Source of the DNA: Eledone cirrhosa
Taxonomy: Eukaryota
Direction of reading: 5' to 3'
NCBI GenBank assembly: GCA_964016885.1
Contig: OZ024745.1
Location: 99,014,001 to 99,078,000 of the forward strand
DNA length: 64,000 nucleotides
Shown here in pieces: positions 40,312-51,789 of this stretch. A model generated the notes under the pieces. That model was given only the letters and a program-made list of their open reading frames with translations, ran no database searches and had not been told where the DNA came from. How positions within the stretch are numbered: position 1 is the first letter of the stretch; every line of letters begins with the position of its first letter. Both the position numbers and the translations under genes were made by a program.

Positions 40312-40792
40312 ATATAAGTATGGAATATCGCATTATTTTCAAAGATATAAATGTAGGGTATCAAACCATTTACATAGATATAAGTGTGGGATATCTAATC
40401 TACATAGATATAAGTGAGATATCAAACTATTTACATAGATATAAGTGAGGTATCAAACTATTTACATAGATATAAGTGAGGTATCAAACTATTTACATAG
40501 ATATAAGTGAGATATCAAACTATTTACATAGATATAAGTATGGAATATCTAATCTACATATATATAAGTGTGGGATATCAAACGATTTATGTAGATATAA
40601 GTATGGGATATCTAATTTACATAGATATATAAGCATGCAATGTCAAACCATTTACATAGATATAAGCATGGAATGTCAAACAATAAGTGATAAGGGATAT
40701 CAAACCATTTATATAGATATAAATGTGAGGTATCTAATCTACATAAATATAAGTGTGGAATATTTTATTTATATAGAAAGAAGTGTGGAATA
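40312..40792. repeat. Minisatellite, about 15 units of 30-33 bp
   Basis: Core GATATAAGTGAG(A/G)TATCAAACTATTTACATA (31 bp), decaying toward both edges. Confidence 0.92.
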
Positions 40793-42705
40793 TGTATTCA
40801 TTCCAATTTTTCTTCCAGATTTCAAGAAATGATGTGTCAACATTTTTACTTTTTATTTCATTTTTTTTTACAAATCAGATGTCTTTCCCACTATTGATCA
40901 ATAAATAGCGTTGTGTGACTAGCATCCACTTTCAACTAGGATAGCAAGCAAACTAATTGCTTTCTTTTGGGAAAGGATGGTGTGGAGTATAGTAAGCTTT
41001 GAACAGCAGTTGAGCATATTAACCTCACAGTTAAGTTTTAAGATCTCATAATGATTTAGCAAAAAATTACTTTGAAGTGGGTTTGTTCATTCAAAAGTTT
41101 ATAGTATCATTATTAGTAAACAGTTTGTGAAAAAAGTTCAATATTTGAATAAAGACTTGAATTTTTAATGTGATATGGTCATATTGAAGTTTTATACTTT
41201 TCAAGAATGTCTTGCTAATGTGGTTTCATGTAGTAAATGATGTTAAGACTTAAATTACATCAATAACACAGAGGGCAAATAAAAATGGGATTTTCAAAAC
41301 AAAAGTATAATGGGTTAATATTTATTTATATTACAAAAATTGTTTCCAATTTTTTTAATGAAATTGTTTATGTTCATTAAAAAAACATTAAAAGAATGGG
41401 GAAAAGGCTAGTATTTCTTCATGTCAAGATATTAATTTACAGGACATATTAGAAAAGAAATAGAAATTAAATAGTATAAATTCTCCTGCCCTTGGGAATA
41501 TATGTTAGGCTAGTGTAAAAGCTATTTTCCTATTATTTGTATGTTATTTTATAGTTTGAAAATGGCAAGATATAACTGAAAAAGTATTTGAAGCATGAAA
41601 AATGGTAATGTTAGAACAGATCTGAAGGTTTCTATATTTTTTTTTCCATTTATATACCAATCTTTTAAGTAAGTTTGTTATATTCTTTAAATCTTAGGAT
41701 TTTTTATTTTTTTTATTTTCCTAAATATAGAAAACAATCTACTGTTTAAGAAATATATAATTTAAAATCACTGAAAACCAATACCCTATTGCAGAATATT
41801 TCCATAAGCTATAGGAAAATACAAACATACTTTCAGAATTTTTTTAAAATCCTCTTTCCAATCATGCCAGTTGACTTAAAGTTTATTAGCAGTTTCTAAG
41901 GTTGTAAACAGTTGAGAGACTTCTGGATAAAGCTCCCGTCTATTATAGATTTGCAGTGGTTTCTCTAAGTATTTGAGCTCAAGACAGTGAACCACCATTA
42001 AGCGACTACAGCAGATGGAGAATAATTTTGTTAAACAACAATTCTTTTATTTGATCTTGTTCTCTGGGTTAATAGAAAAACTAAATGAACCAAGATAGAA
42101 TTTGAACCACAAAATTTGAGTCAAAAAGTGTTACTGGGAACAACCATGTCCTTATATATAATTACTAGCCAACTATAATCTATATATTAATTTGAACAAC
42201 GTCAGTATTCCGTGTGTCATAATTCTCGATTATCATTGGTTCATAGGTTTCAAACGACTCCGCCCACCTCAACGATGCCAAACTTAAATTAATACGCATA
42301 ATGCCAATGAGGGAGTGAGAGGGGAGAGTAAGAAACAGAGAGGCAAAGTGAACACTGTAACTATTACCATGTGTGCGTGTGTAAGTACGTGCGCGTATGT
42401 TTGTGTGTGTGTGCGTGCAGTGTTCCACAAAGTAAAAACTATCAACATGTGTGAGTGCGTAAGTGTGTGTAAGTTTGCGTGCGTGTGCGCGTTTCCATGT
42501 GTGTATGTGTGTGTATGTGGCGCGTTCCACAATCGCCACGCAGTTTTATCTGTCTGTGTGCCTGTCTGTCAGTCTAACATACACAAAGTTGTGAAGGGAG
42601 TAAATAGGGACCTTTTTTTACATTGACGGACATCTTTTATATTTATTATTGTGTCATTTTTTGACAATTGCTCGAAATAAAAGCAATTCGACTTTATCAA
42701 ACAGT

Positions 42706-42860
42706 GAACTACAGCGGCGACGGCGTGCAGCCAGGAATGAAGAAAAACGGGCCGAACAGCGCCATCGGAATGCTGAACTTCAGAGGTGAAGACATGCCGC
42801 CATGAATAAAGAGGAGCTGGCTGAACAACGCCAACGAAACACTGGAGCCAAGCAGCGATG
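42706..42860 (+). pseudogene. 23-aa STPR-like repeats from the Helitron RepHel N terminus
   Basis: Reads ELQRRRRAARNEEKRAEQRHRNA / ELQR*RHAAMNKEELAEQRQRNT. The stop fits CGA>TGA decay. Confidence 0.65.
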
Positions 42861-42930
42861 GTTGAAGACGAACTGGCTGAGCATCATCTTTTATATTAAT
42901 TATCTATATCTATATCTACATATAGTATAA

Positions 42931-43120
42931 AAGATTGGAACTTCCATCATCCTTTTCAGAAACGTGGAACAACCACGTCTATGCAATGATACACGTTTTA
43001 CAGTCAGGCAGAAGATGAACCATCTCCTAGAGGTCACTATTCTAGGTGGGAGCACCTAGAATTGTTCATATACTATGCACAAACGGTACAACGAAGAATC
43101 TGGTATATCTGGAAGATTTT
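42931..43120 (+). pseudogene. Helitron PIF1-helicase C-terminal remnants
   Basis: KIGTSIILFRNVEQPRLCNDTRFTVRQKMNHLLEVTILG (compare LKVG.PI.LLRNL...LCNGTRL), fused by a deletion to VGAPRIVHILCTNGTTKNLVYLE (compare SRVG...TKNIVY.E). Confidence 0.85.
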
Positions 43121-43706
43121 TTTTACTGTTTTTGGTATCACACAGACACCACGGACTCGCCTCATACTGTAACCAGACAAACATCCAATACAGTCATTTT
43201 CTCTTTTACCTGTCTTCTCTTATCATCTGTTTACCCGGGCGAAGCTGGGTACGTCAGCTAGTTAACTTAAATTACACACTGCATTGATAACTAAATTGTC
43301 ATTTTTTTTTAAATGACAAACAGTGGAGACTTCTGGCGTTCTTGGCCTGCCAACCACATCCCTACTCACTACTCTCAGAGTGGAGTAGGCCACCCACAGG
43401 TTCAAGCCTCAAAGTGGAGTGGCTGTTCTAGCATGTCTCCCTCACCGTCTTCCGGGGAAATGTATTCTCCATCCTGTTGGCTGAGGCCCAGAGGTGGAGG
43501 GTAAGTTAGTTGGAAGTGGAGGATACTTGTTCGGATGACATTTTCTCTTTATTTCTTGAAAAATCTCTTCAACGTACATGAATAAAACTGAACTTCAATT
43601 CAGTTAGGTATAGCAATAAGAAACCGTGTGCCATATCCAAATTTAGAAAGTATGTTTTAGATTTCAACTGAAGAATAATAATGATAATAATTCATTAAAT
43701 TATGTG

Positions 43707-45010
43707 CTTCTCTATGCAGATGATCTAACACTCATAGCTGAATCAAAGGCTGAACTAGAGAAGAAATTCCAAACATGGAAGCATGGCCTAGAATCAAAAG
43801 GCCTTAAACTTGTCTAAGACTAAAGTTCTAGTATGTAGGAAGGAAAATAGGGCACAGGTCCTCTCTGGGAAATGGCCATGCTCAGTGTGTAGGAAAGGAG
43901 TAGGCAAAAATTCCATTTTATGTCCCAAATGCAAAGTATGGGTGCATAAAAGATGTAGTGGGATCACAGGTAAGCTATCTAAGAACGTAGATTTTATATG
44001 TGGCCAGTGCTCAGGTGCAATAAGTAGCAAGTGCCCACAGGATACTAGCTCCTTCTATAGAAATAGTGGACACCTTCCATTACCTGGGTGACAAAATCAG
44101 CAGTGGTGGAGGGTGCTCAGAAAGTACAGTAGCCAGAGTCAGAACAGGATGGAAAAAGTTCAGAGAGCTTATACCACTATTGGCCACTAAAGGTTTCTCT
44201 TTAAAAATGAAAGGCAGACTGTATGATGCCTGCATACAAACAGCTATGTTACATGGCAGTGAGAAATGGGCATTGTGTGCAGAGGATATGCGCAGACTGG
44301 AGAGGCACGAAGCATGCATGTTCCGCTGGATGTGTAATACGTGAACAGCAAAGCATAGATGAACTAAGTGAGAAATTAGGTATAAGAGGGATCAGATGCT
44401 GTTTACTCGAGAGAAGACTACGTTGGTATGGTCACGTGATGCACATGAAAGACGACAGCTGTATATAAAAGTGCAGGGCGATCAAAATTGATGGAAGTTA
44501 TGGAGTAGGCAGACCCAGAAAAACTGGGACGATTTGATAAATTCCGACCTTACACACTAACACCTCTCTAAGACAATGTCACTGGACCGAGATCTTTGGC
44601 GCTGCGCAGCAATATAGGAAACCTGCCTTGCCTAAGTACAAAGCGAAACCTACAGTCAGTAGGCACCTCGTAATCAAATATACACCTCCATCCCACTACC
44701 CCAACTCCCCCACCAACCCTTTTTCTGTAAAGTTATGTTGGTACCACAACATCCAGTCCTAAATAAATGAGGTCGTGTAGGTGTCACGACAAAAAACACA
44801 GTCCACGCTGTAATGTGGCCGTGTAGGTAAAACGGTAAAAACCTCCGAGTCCACACTGTAAACGTGGTTGGTGTTAGGAAGGGCATTCAGCCGTAGAAAA
44901 CCTGCCAGACAGTCCTATACGAGCGAGACGACCAATCTTGCCTCAAGTGGGACAATTCCCATCTAAACCCATGCTAGCGTGGAAGATAGACGTTAAACGA
45001 TGATGATGAT
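43707..45010 (+). mobile_element. 5'-truncated RTE LINE with PHD finger, frameshifted
   Basis: LLYADDLTLIAES, SKTK, C4HC3 zinc finger, FHYLGD, GWKKFREL, LRWYGHVMHM, GRPRK, then a 3' UTR and (GAT)n tail. A short TSD TATGTG is possible. Confidence 0.92.
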
Positions 45011-45444
45011 ATGTGAATGGTACACAGAATGATTTATTTATCTGTATAATTGTCCAATATTCTAAGTGAAAATAATTTGTTTTTGCTTTTTTTCACATTT
45101 ATTAAACGAAATGTTTATGAAGTCAATCGAAATAATATTCCACTTTTAACTCTTAAACTCCAGTACTGAATGAAGCTACATTGGCAAGATATTCTTGAAA
45201 AGTATAAAACAGCAATACAATTATAATACATTAATGAGTAGTTTTCATTCTAATATTTCATATTTTTAGAACAATTTTTCCAGTTGTAAAGGTACTATAA
45301 ACATTTGAATTAACAAACCCATTTTTAGATATTTTCTTGTGAACCATTGTAGGATATTAGGGTCAATTAACAACCATGCAGATACATTATTTTTAGCATA
45401 ATTGACTGCATTACATTAAATATCAAAGTATTTATTGTAATAAT

Positions 45445-45631
45445 TGTTTCTATTTTTGCCACAAGGCCAGCAATTATCCCAGTACATTACTGGTACTTTA
45501 TTTTATCGAGCCTCTAAGGATGAAAGGCAAAGTGAACCTCGGCGGGATTTGAACTCAGACCATAAAGGGGCGTAACTCTATGCTGCAAAGCATGGCATCC
45601 AACCTTCTACCGATACTGCCAATCCCCACCC
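45445..45631 (-). mobile_element. Deu/Nin-like SINE, full length, nested in the AT-rich repeat
   Basis: 15-bp TSD ATTTATT(G/C)TAATAAT at 45430-45444 and 45632-45646. Confidence 0.9.
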
Positions 45632-46894
45632 ATTTATTCTAATAATACACATTTTCACAATGATCTATCCACTAGCAACGATACTATAAATATTTGAATT
45701 AACAAATCTGCTTTTAGATATTTCCTGCTAAATCATTACAGGATGTTCAAAGTCAAATAACATTTCAAAGAGGAATTACACCAATAACTTTGCAGTTTCA
45801 AAGAAGATCTGTCTGCATTCTTTCAAAAATAATATCCTTAATCTGGCAATAATGAATAAGCAAGGTCAAACATATATATACAAACATTCCATGCTAAAAA
45901 TAAATAAATAACATCTGAAATCCCTCCAAGCAATGAATATCATAGGTTTAACATTTACTTCCCACATGGACAGGATAGACAAATAGATATGCAGGCGATG
46001 CTAAACAAATTCATCAGATTCACAATGAAAAGAGAGAACACAGATGTACGTCGTTATCGATATTGAATGGAAACAGAGTTGTAATAACAGACAGCAAGAA
46101 TACATTTTTCAATCATGCTTATGTTACAGAAGATGTAACTGTGTATTGGGGAAGAAAATAGTTGAAGTCATCTGAGATGATAATCAATATACTGAAGGTG
46201 CCGACTCATCTAACAGACAATGGCTGGGCATAATACTGAAATTTAAATCATACACCAGCTTTGTGGCTTAATTTAAAAAAATTACAGTTAAAAGTAACCA
46301 TATAACAAAAATACACTCAGATATAATAAAGTACATTCTAGCTCTGGTAGCTTTTCTTTCACCATATCAAAATATAAAAATATAATAATAATAATGCAGG
46401 CATTAAAATCGAGTCAAGAAATACAGAAATGTGCTTTGTGAAGGAAATTATTTTCAGCCTCAAAGAAAATAAGCTTCAAAATATATCTGTACATTTCTAA
46501 TTTAATATTTCTAGGGATAGCCATGATAATGAAAGCAGATCATCATCATCATCATCATCTTCGTTTAACGTCCATCTTCCACGCTAGCTTGGTAAAAAAA
46601 CCTATCTAAGTTCAATCTCAGCTAGTATCTAAGATGCCACTTTACATAAAGACTACGTAGTAAAAATGCCTTGCTAAATATAAAATAACTGAAGAATATC
46701 ATATTGAAAATGACACAAATGGATGTTGTGTTACGCAGGGTGTGAAATCTCTTTAGACATACATGAAAGTTATAAATATCAGTGCGTGAGTATATCATTA
46801 TCATCATCATCACGTCTGTTTCTCCATGTTTGCATCAGAGAGAGAGAAAGGGATAAATGGAAAATATGAGGGTTCTCCACAGGATAGACACAAC

Positions 46895-46896
<2 letters not shown>

Positions 46897-46956
<60 letters not shown>
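46897..46956. repeat. (TA)n microsatellite
   Basis: Direct reading. Confidence 0.97.
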
Positions 46957-46960
<4 letters not shown>

Positions 46961-47829
46961 TTTAATGTTTATCATCTTTATCTTAATTTAGTTTTGTTTT
47001 TATAATATAAGTTTCATTTAATTTTATATTGCTCTTGCAATCACACATGCACACACACACATATTTTTTCAGATGAAAGAAAAAACAAGTAAATAAATAA
47101 AATCGAGCAAGCAATCAGAGAGAAGATGTAGTAGAAAGAAGTAACTGCAGCCGCACAACAGGATGACATAGAAAACAATGGAGAGTGTTTCAGATTTTAA
47201 TTGAGAGATAAGGGTTGGAGAGTTTATTTTATTTATTGAAGAAAGCATTGCGGTGCAGTGGTTCTTTCAGAGAACAACAACATTTCCGGGAGTAGTAAGA
47301 GAGGGAGAGAGAGAGAGAGAGGAGGGGCTGCACAAAGAGGATAATTTATACAATAGCGGAGAGTGAATCACGGTTAAAAAAAGTCTTTGTTTAAACTACA
47401 CAAAAATATACCACAAAACATTTTATACAGTCTATTTGAGGCACACACATACAGACAGATACATGTGATATCTAGAAGTAAGATTTTATAATTCCTTTGT
47501 GTAATAATGTAAAAGATGCACCTTTTCCCATGAAACTAGAATGTGAAAAACTAGTGTACGACTTATCTGCTGGACCTTCAAAAATCCAATTCAAAATATA
47601 AGGTACATTCTCTTAAAACATCACATTCAACCCATGCCAACATGGAAAAATGACATAAAAGCGATGAAGAAGATGATTATTGTAACTGTTGTATATAAAA
47701 ATGGGAGTGGGGCAACTTTTCTAGCAGTGTGATTTATACATGAATTTATAAGGTAATACAATCACAGCTGGCAGTTTGAAAAGCATATTAATTTTAATTC
47801 AAATACTAAACACACATACACATGCATAC

Positions 47830-47871
<42 letters not shown>

Positions 47872-48664
47872 ATGAAGCTGTGAAGAACTGAACATGTAGG
47901 TAAACTCCACTAACACCCTAGTCAATCTGTTATTCATTTATCAGCTGTTTTTCCTTGTCTGCAACTAACATGCAGCATATCTACTGCTGCTGCTGCTGCT
48001 GCTCAGATGTGCTAGACACATGCATGAGAAATGTGGAGGTGGGGTGGAGGTGGGAGGCCGATGGCTTATTGTCAAATTGTGAGCCGCGGTGGTATTTGTC
48101 AGGTTTCTTCCGAATGAAATTGCCGGCATCAACACAGCAGCATACATCCGAGTAGTTGAACATTTCTGTTCAGCCATTAATGCAGACGTGTACTAACAGA
48201 CAGCCGTATGGCAACACACCAATCTATGGCAGCACACCTCATGTGATAGCATCACCAATAGACTAGACATGGAATTGATTTACTACCACCATAACTATAT
48301 ATCAATTATATATATATTTTGTCTACTGATTTTGTCTTCATTCATAGTAAGCATGATCAGAGTTTGATGGTGCTATAAATTTGAATATCATTTATTTACA
48401 TCTAATTTGTTAGAGCTAATAGTTGTTTTTTTATACAATAGGATGCTCTTTACAATGTTAACCACTAAACCAAGAAGTAGAATTGGCATTTATTTGACAG
48501 CTGGTTATATTGACTACAGTAAACAGTATTATACTTTGTCTCCCAAAATCCCTGTATTATATATCTATATATATATATATATATATATATTAATCCTCAT
48601 TTACTGTCCACTTTCCCTGGTGTGTGCATAATATATGTGTGTGTGTGTGTCTAATACATATCAT

Positions 48665-48739
<75 letters not shown>

Positions 48740-49072
48740 TATATATATATAATTACATGTTTTTTAGTCTTTTACTAAACTTCAGTTTTTCAATAATATC
48801 ATTAGCAGTGTTATGATCTACTTCTAGAAAAATACAAGTATATTTTTTAAAGTGAGTGTGCATGAGAGAAAAAGGAAATGAATGTATATGTTATATTGAA
48901 CATTTTTTCTTTTTTTTTTTTTGCCCCCTGTTGAGGAACATATTTTGAGTGAAAAGAAAAGGCTTTAAAGTTTAGAATGAAAAGTCTCTTAGCTTTCTCG
49001 TGGTTAAAAATATAATTAATATTAGCCACATGCCAAGGTGTGTTAGCAGTGAAATGGATATTAAATTATATA

Positions 49073-49142
49073 CAGGGTGTCCATAGTACAATGTAAAATA
49101 CTTGTAGTATTTAAATTGCACACAGACTTTATGGACACCCTG
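49073..49142. mobile_element. 70-bp Tc1/mariner-type MITE
   Basis: TA-CAGGGTGTCCATA ... TATGGACACCCTG-TA, a perfect 13-bp TIR with TA TSD. Confidence 0.85.
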
Positions 49143-49630
49143 TATAATAAAATTGAATATATTAAACAGATGAAAAAGACTTTCAATTTACACACAAACA
49201 CATTCTCTCTCCCAATCCTTTAACTCCAACTGCCTTTTACAGTCTTTTTCTTGCATTAGATTTCATTTTTGTCATTTATACTCACTCGTCTTACAGCCAA
49301 TCTCACTCTCCCCTTCACTCACACCTCCTCCTTATAACCTGATGGTTTCACTCATTATCCTTTTGACACAATCAACACTTGCAAGCTATCTATAGTTAGC
49401 ACATACACTTCCCTTAACATATTCTCAGAGAAACAAAATACATTAGTAGATCCAGGACAAATCAGTCACTCTTTACTTCACTTTCACTAATTTTACATCC
49501 AAACTCCTCCATTTCCACATATGTGGTTAGTTTGAAATGACTTGCTCTCTTACTTAATCTGTCAATGTGTAAGGCATTCAGCAAATCCTATTGATATTTC
49601 GGATTATATACAGAAACATCTTACTCAAAG

Positions 49631-49903
49631 TGATCACCCTACTAAACAATATATAGAAGCACTCTCCACATAGTGACCACCCTACAACAATAGCAGAGTA
49701 CCCTCCAGATAGAGATCACCCTATTAAACAAAATACAGAAGTACCTGCCTCATAGCAACCACTCTACTAAACAATATACAGAGGCACCCTCCATATAGCG
49801 ACCACCCTGTTAAACAGTAGTAAAAGCACCTTTCACATAGCAACCACCCTGCTAAACAGTAGCAGAAGCACCTACATAGCAATCACCCTGATAAACAATA
49901 GCA
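49631..49903. repeat. Diverged minisatellite, about 7 units of about 42 bp
   Basis: CACCCT.CTAAACAATA..CAGAAGCACC..CCA.ATAG recurs. Confidence 0.85.
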
Positions 49904-50184
49904 TACCTCTCTTTTGATCCAACTATTAAACATGAGATGAATATACTTTACATATCACAAACAATATATGCAGACATACATATACATACATGTATACATG
50001 TAAATATATTATACAGACAGATGCACATACATACATCATCCCCATAAGGAACCTATTGTCATGACACAGACAATATATACACACACACACATGTACATTT
50101 ATGCAAACAAAATCACAAATACATAAACACACAGTCTTTTATTATTTTACTGGTTTCAGTCTGCAGCCATTGCACACACACAAA

Positions 50185-50500
50185 CAGATGGACCTCAGTC
50201 GATTCTGATGGTGAGTGTTGTGTTCCAGTTATTTAGTCAACAGAAACGTCTGCTCATGAAATAAACATGCAAGTAGTTGAGCATTCTACAGACATTTGCA
50301 TCCTTAATCTAATTCTTAGGGAGATTCAGCATGCCAGTGAGTGACAAAGCTGGTGCTTTGAATTATATGTACAACTCACTTTTGCCAGCTGGGTGGATTG
50401 GAGCAACATGAAATAAAGTACTGTCCACAAGAAGACAACACACTGCCAAGAATCAAACTCACAACCTTACAATTGTGAGATGAATACCCTAACCACTAAG
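50185..50500 (-). mobile_element. Older CORE-like SINE with a different tail
   Basis: GCCAGCTGGGTGGATTGGAGCAACATGAAATAAAGT...AATCAAACTCACAACCTTACAATTG...CCCTAACCACTAAG. Confidence 0.65.
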
Positions 50501-50665
50501 ACCCACAGTCTAACACAAACAAAAAATTGTGAAGACATACAAGAATGATAAAGTCTGGCTGCAGAAATGTAGAATGTGTGCACATAGATACACAAATATG
50601 TGTATCTATGTACATGAGATATATACTCTTTTACCTGTTACATCCATCTGGCTGAGAGCATGCTG

Positions 50666-50716
<51 letters not shown>

Positions 50717-50718
<2 letters not shown>

Positions 50719-51310
50719 TCATCATCACCGTTTTACATCCGTTCTTCCACGCTAGCATGGGTTAGACAGGTTGTCCTGTTGTGGGCAGTGTCTGGTCGGC
50801 TGACCATGCCTTGCTCATACAGGAACTGATCTGGCTTGATTTCTACAGCTGGATGCCCTTCCTAACACCAACCTCATTTACAGTGAGTGCTGGGTGCTTT
50901 TTCGTGGCGCCTACACGTCCACTTTACAGTGTGGGCTGGGTGCTTTTTTGCCGTGGCACCTCCACGACCACCTTGCGGTGGGGGGTGTGGGGGCATATTG
51001 TCTATATGCTTCAGCTTGTACCCATGGGAGGTTGGGTACTCTGTATTACTGCGTGACGCCAGAAGTCACGGTCGTGTGTCATTGTCTTTGAGAGGTGTAA
51101 TTGGGTAAGGTCGGCTTTTATCACCTCATCCCAGGTCATCTTGGGTCTCCCCACTCCGCGGTTTCCATCAACTTCTAGTGCTCTGCACCTTTTTATGCAG
51201 CTGTCATCCTTCATACGCATCACATGTCCATACCAGCGCAACCGCCTCTCCTGCACACAGCATTTGATTCCTCTTATGCTCAGTCTCTCTCTCAATTCCT
51301 TTATGCTCTC
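50717..51310 (-). mobile_element. RTE LINE 3' portion with intact C-terminal frame
   Basis: ORF text ELRERLSIRGIKCCVQERRLRWYGHVMRMKDD..GRPKMTWDEVIKADL..DRDFWRHAV, followed by a 3' UTR and (GAT)n tail. Confidence 0.93.
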
Positions 51311-51469
51311 AATCCATATATATATATACACACACACATATATATGTGTGTATGTATGTATGTATGTGTATATATATTGTATATATATTAGTTTATCCCG
51401 GGTTCAATCTGCGGTAACCACAGTAAGTAAGGTACTCAATACAAAGCAGAGTATAAATATTTAATATAG

Positions 51470-51526
51470 AAGAGATTCTACAGGACTAGAACTGTTTCAT
51501 TCGTGAGAAATCATCAGAAAGCTCTC
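51470..51526 (-). ncRNA. Type I hammerhead ribozyme candidate
   Basis: Minus strand: GAGAGCUUU-CUGAUGA-U-UUC(UCAC)GAA-U-GAA-ACAG(UUCUAGUC)CUGU-A-GAAUCUCU. The core is intact with a GUA cleavage triplet and three stems by manual folding. The U-U at the base of stem II is non-canonical. Confidence 0.6.
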
Positions 51527-51540
51527 TCTCTCTCTATATA

Positions 51541-51760
51541 TCATCATCATCATTTCATTTTACGTCCGCTTTTCCCTGCTTGCAAGGGTGGGACGGGAAC
51601 TGATTCTGGCTTGATTTCTACAGCTGGATGCCCTTCCAAACACCAACCTCATTTACAGTGAGTGCTGGGTGCTTTTTTGCCATGGCACCTCCACGACCAC
51701 TTTACAGTGGAATGATATGGACCCCAGTCCCTATCATCTCATTTCTACAGCTGAGTAAAT
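51541..51760 (-). mobile_element. 5'-truncated CORE-like/RTE-tail SINE
   Basis: Near-identical to the 3' part of 39105-39447. A shorter copy is at 52754-52880. Confidence 0.88.
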
Positions 51761-51789
51761 ATATATATATAGTATATATATATATATAT

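Larger units (their letters stand above)
42179..43261 (+). mobile_element. Internally deleted non-autonomous Helitron
   Basis: 5' TC(TATATATTAA) after A42178. 3' hairpin ACCCGGGCGAAGCTGGGT, then CTAG (43258-43261) before T43262. No TSD. Internal remnants of RepHel N-terminal repeats and PIF1 helicase. Confidence 0.88.

Noticed and set aside
40476-40832. 118-aa ORF
   Set aside because: It is a translation of the 31-bp minisatellite.
45955-46240. Minus-strand exon between CAG and GTAAAT
   Set aside because: All three frames contain early stops.
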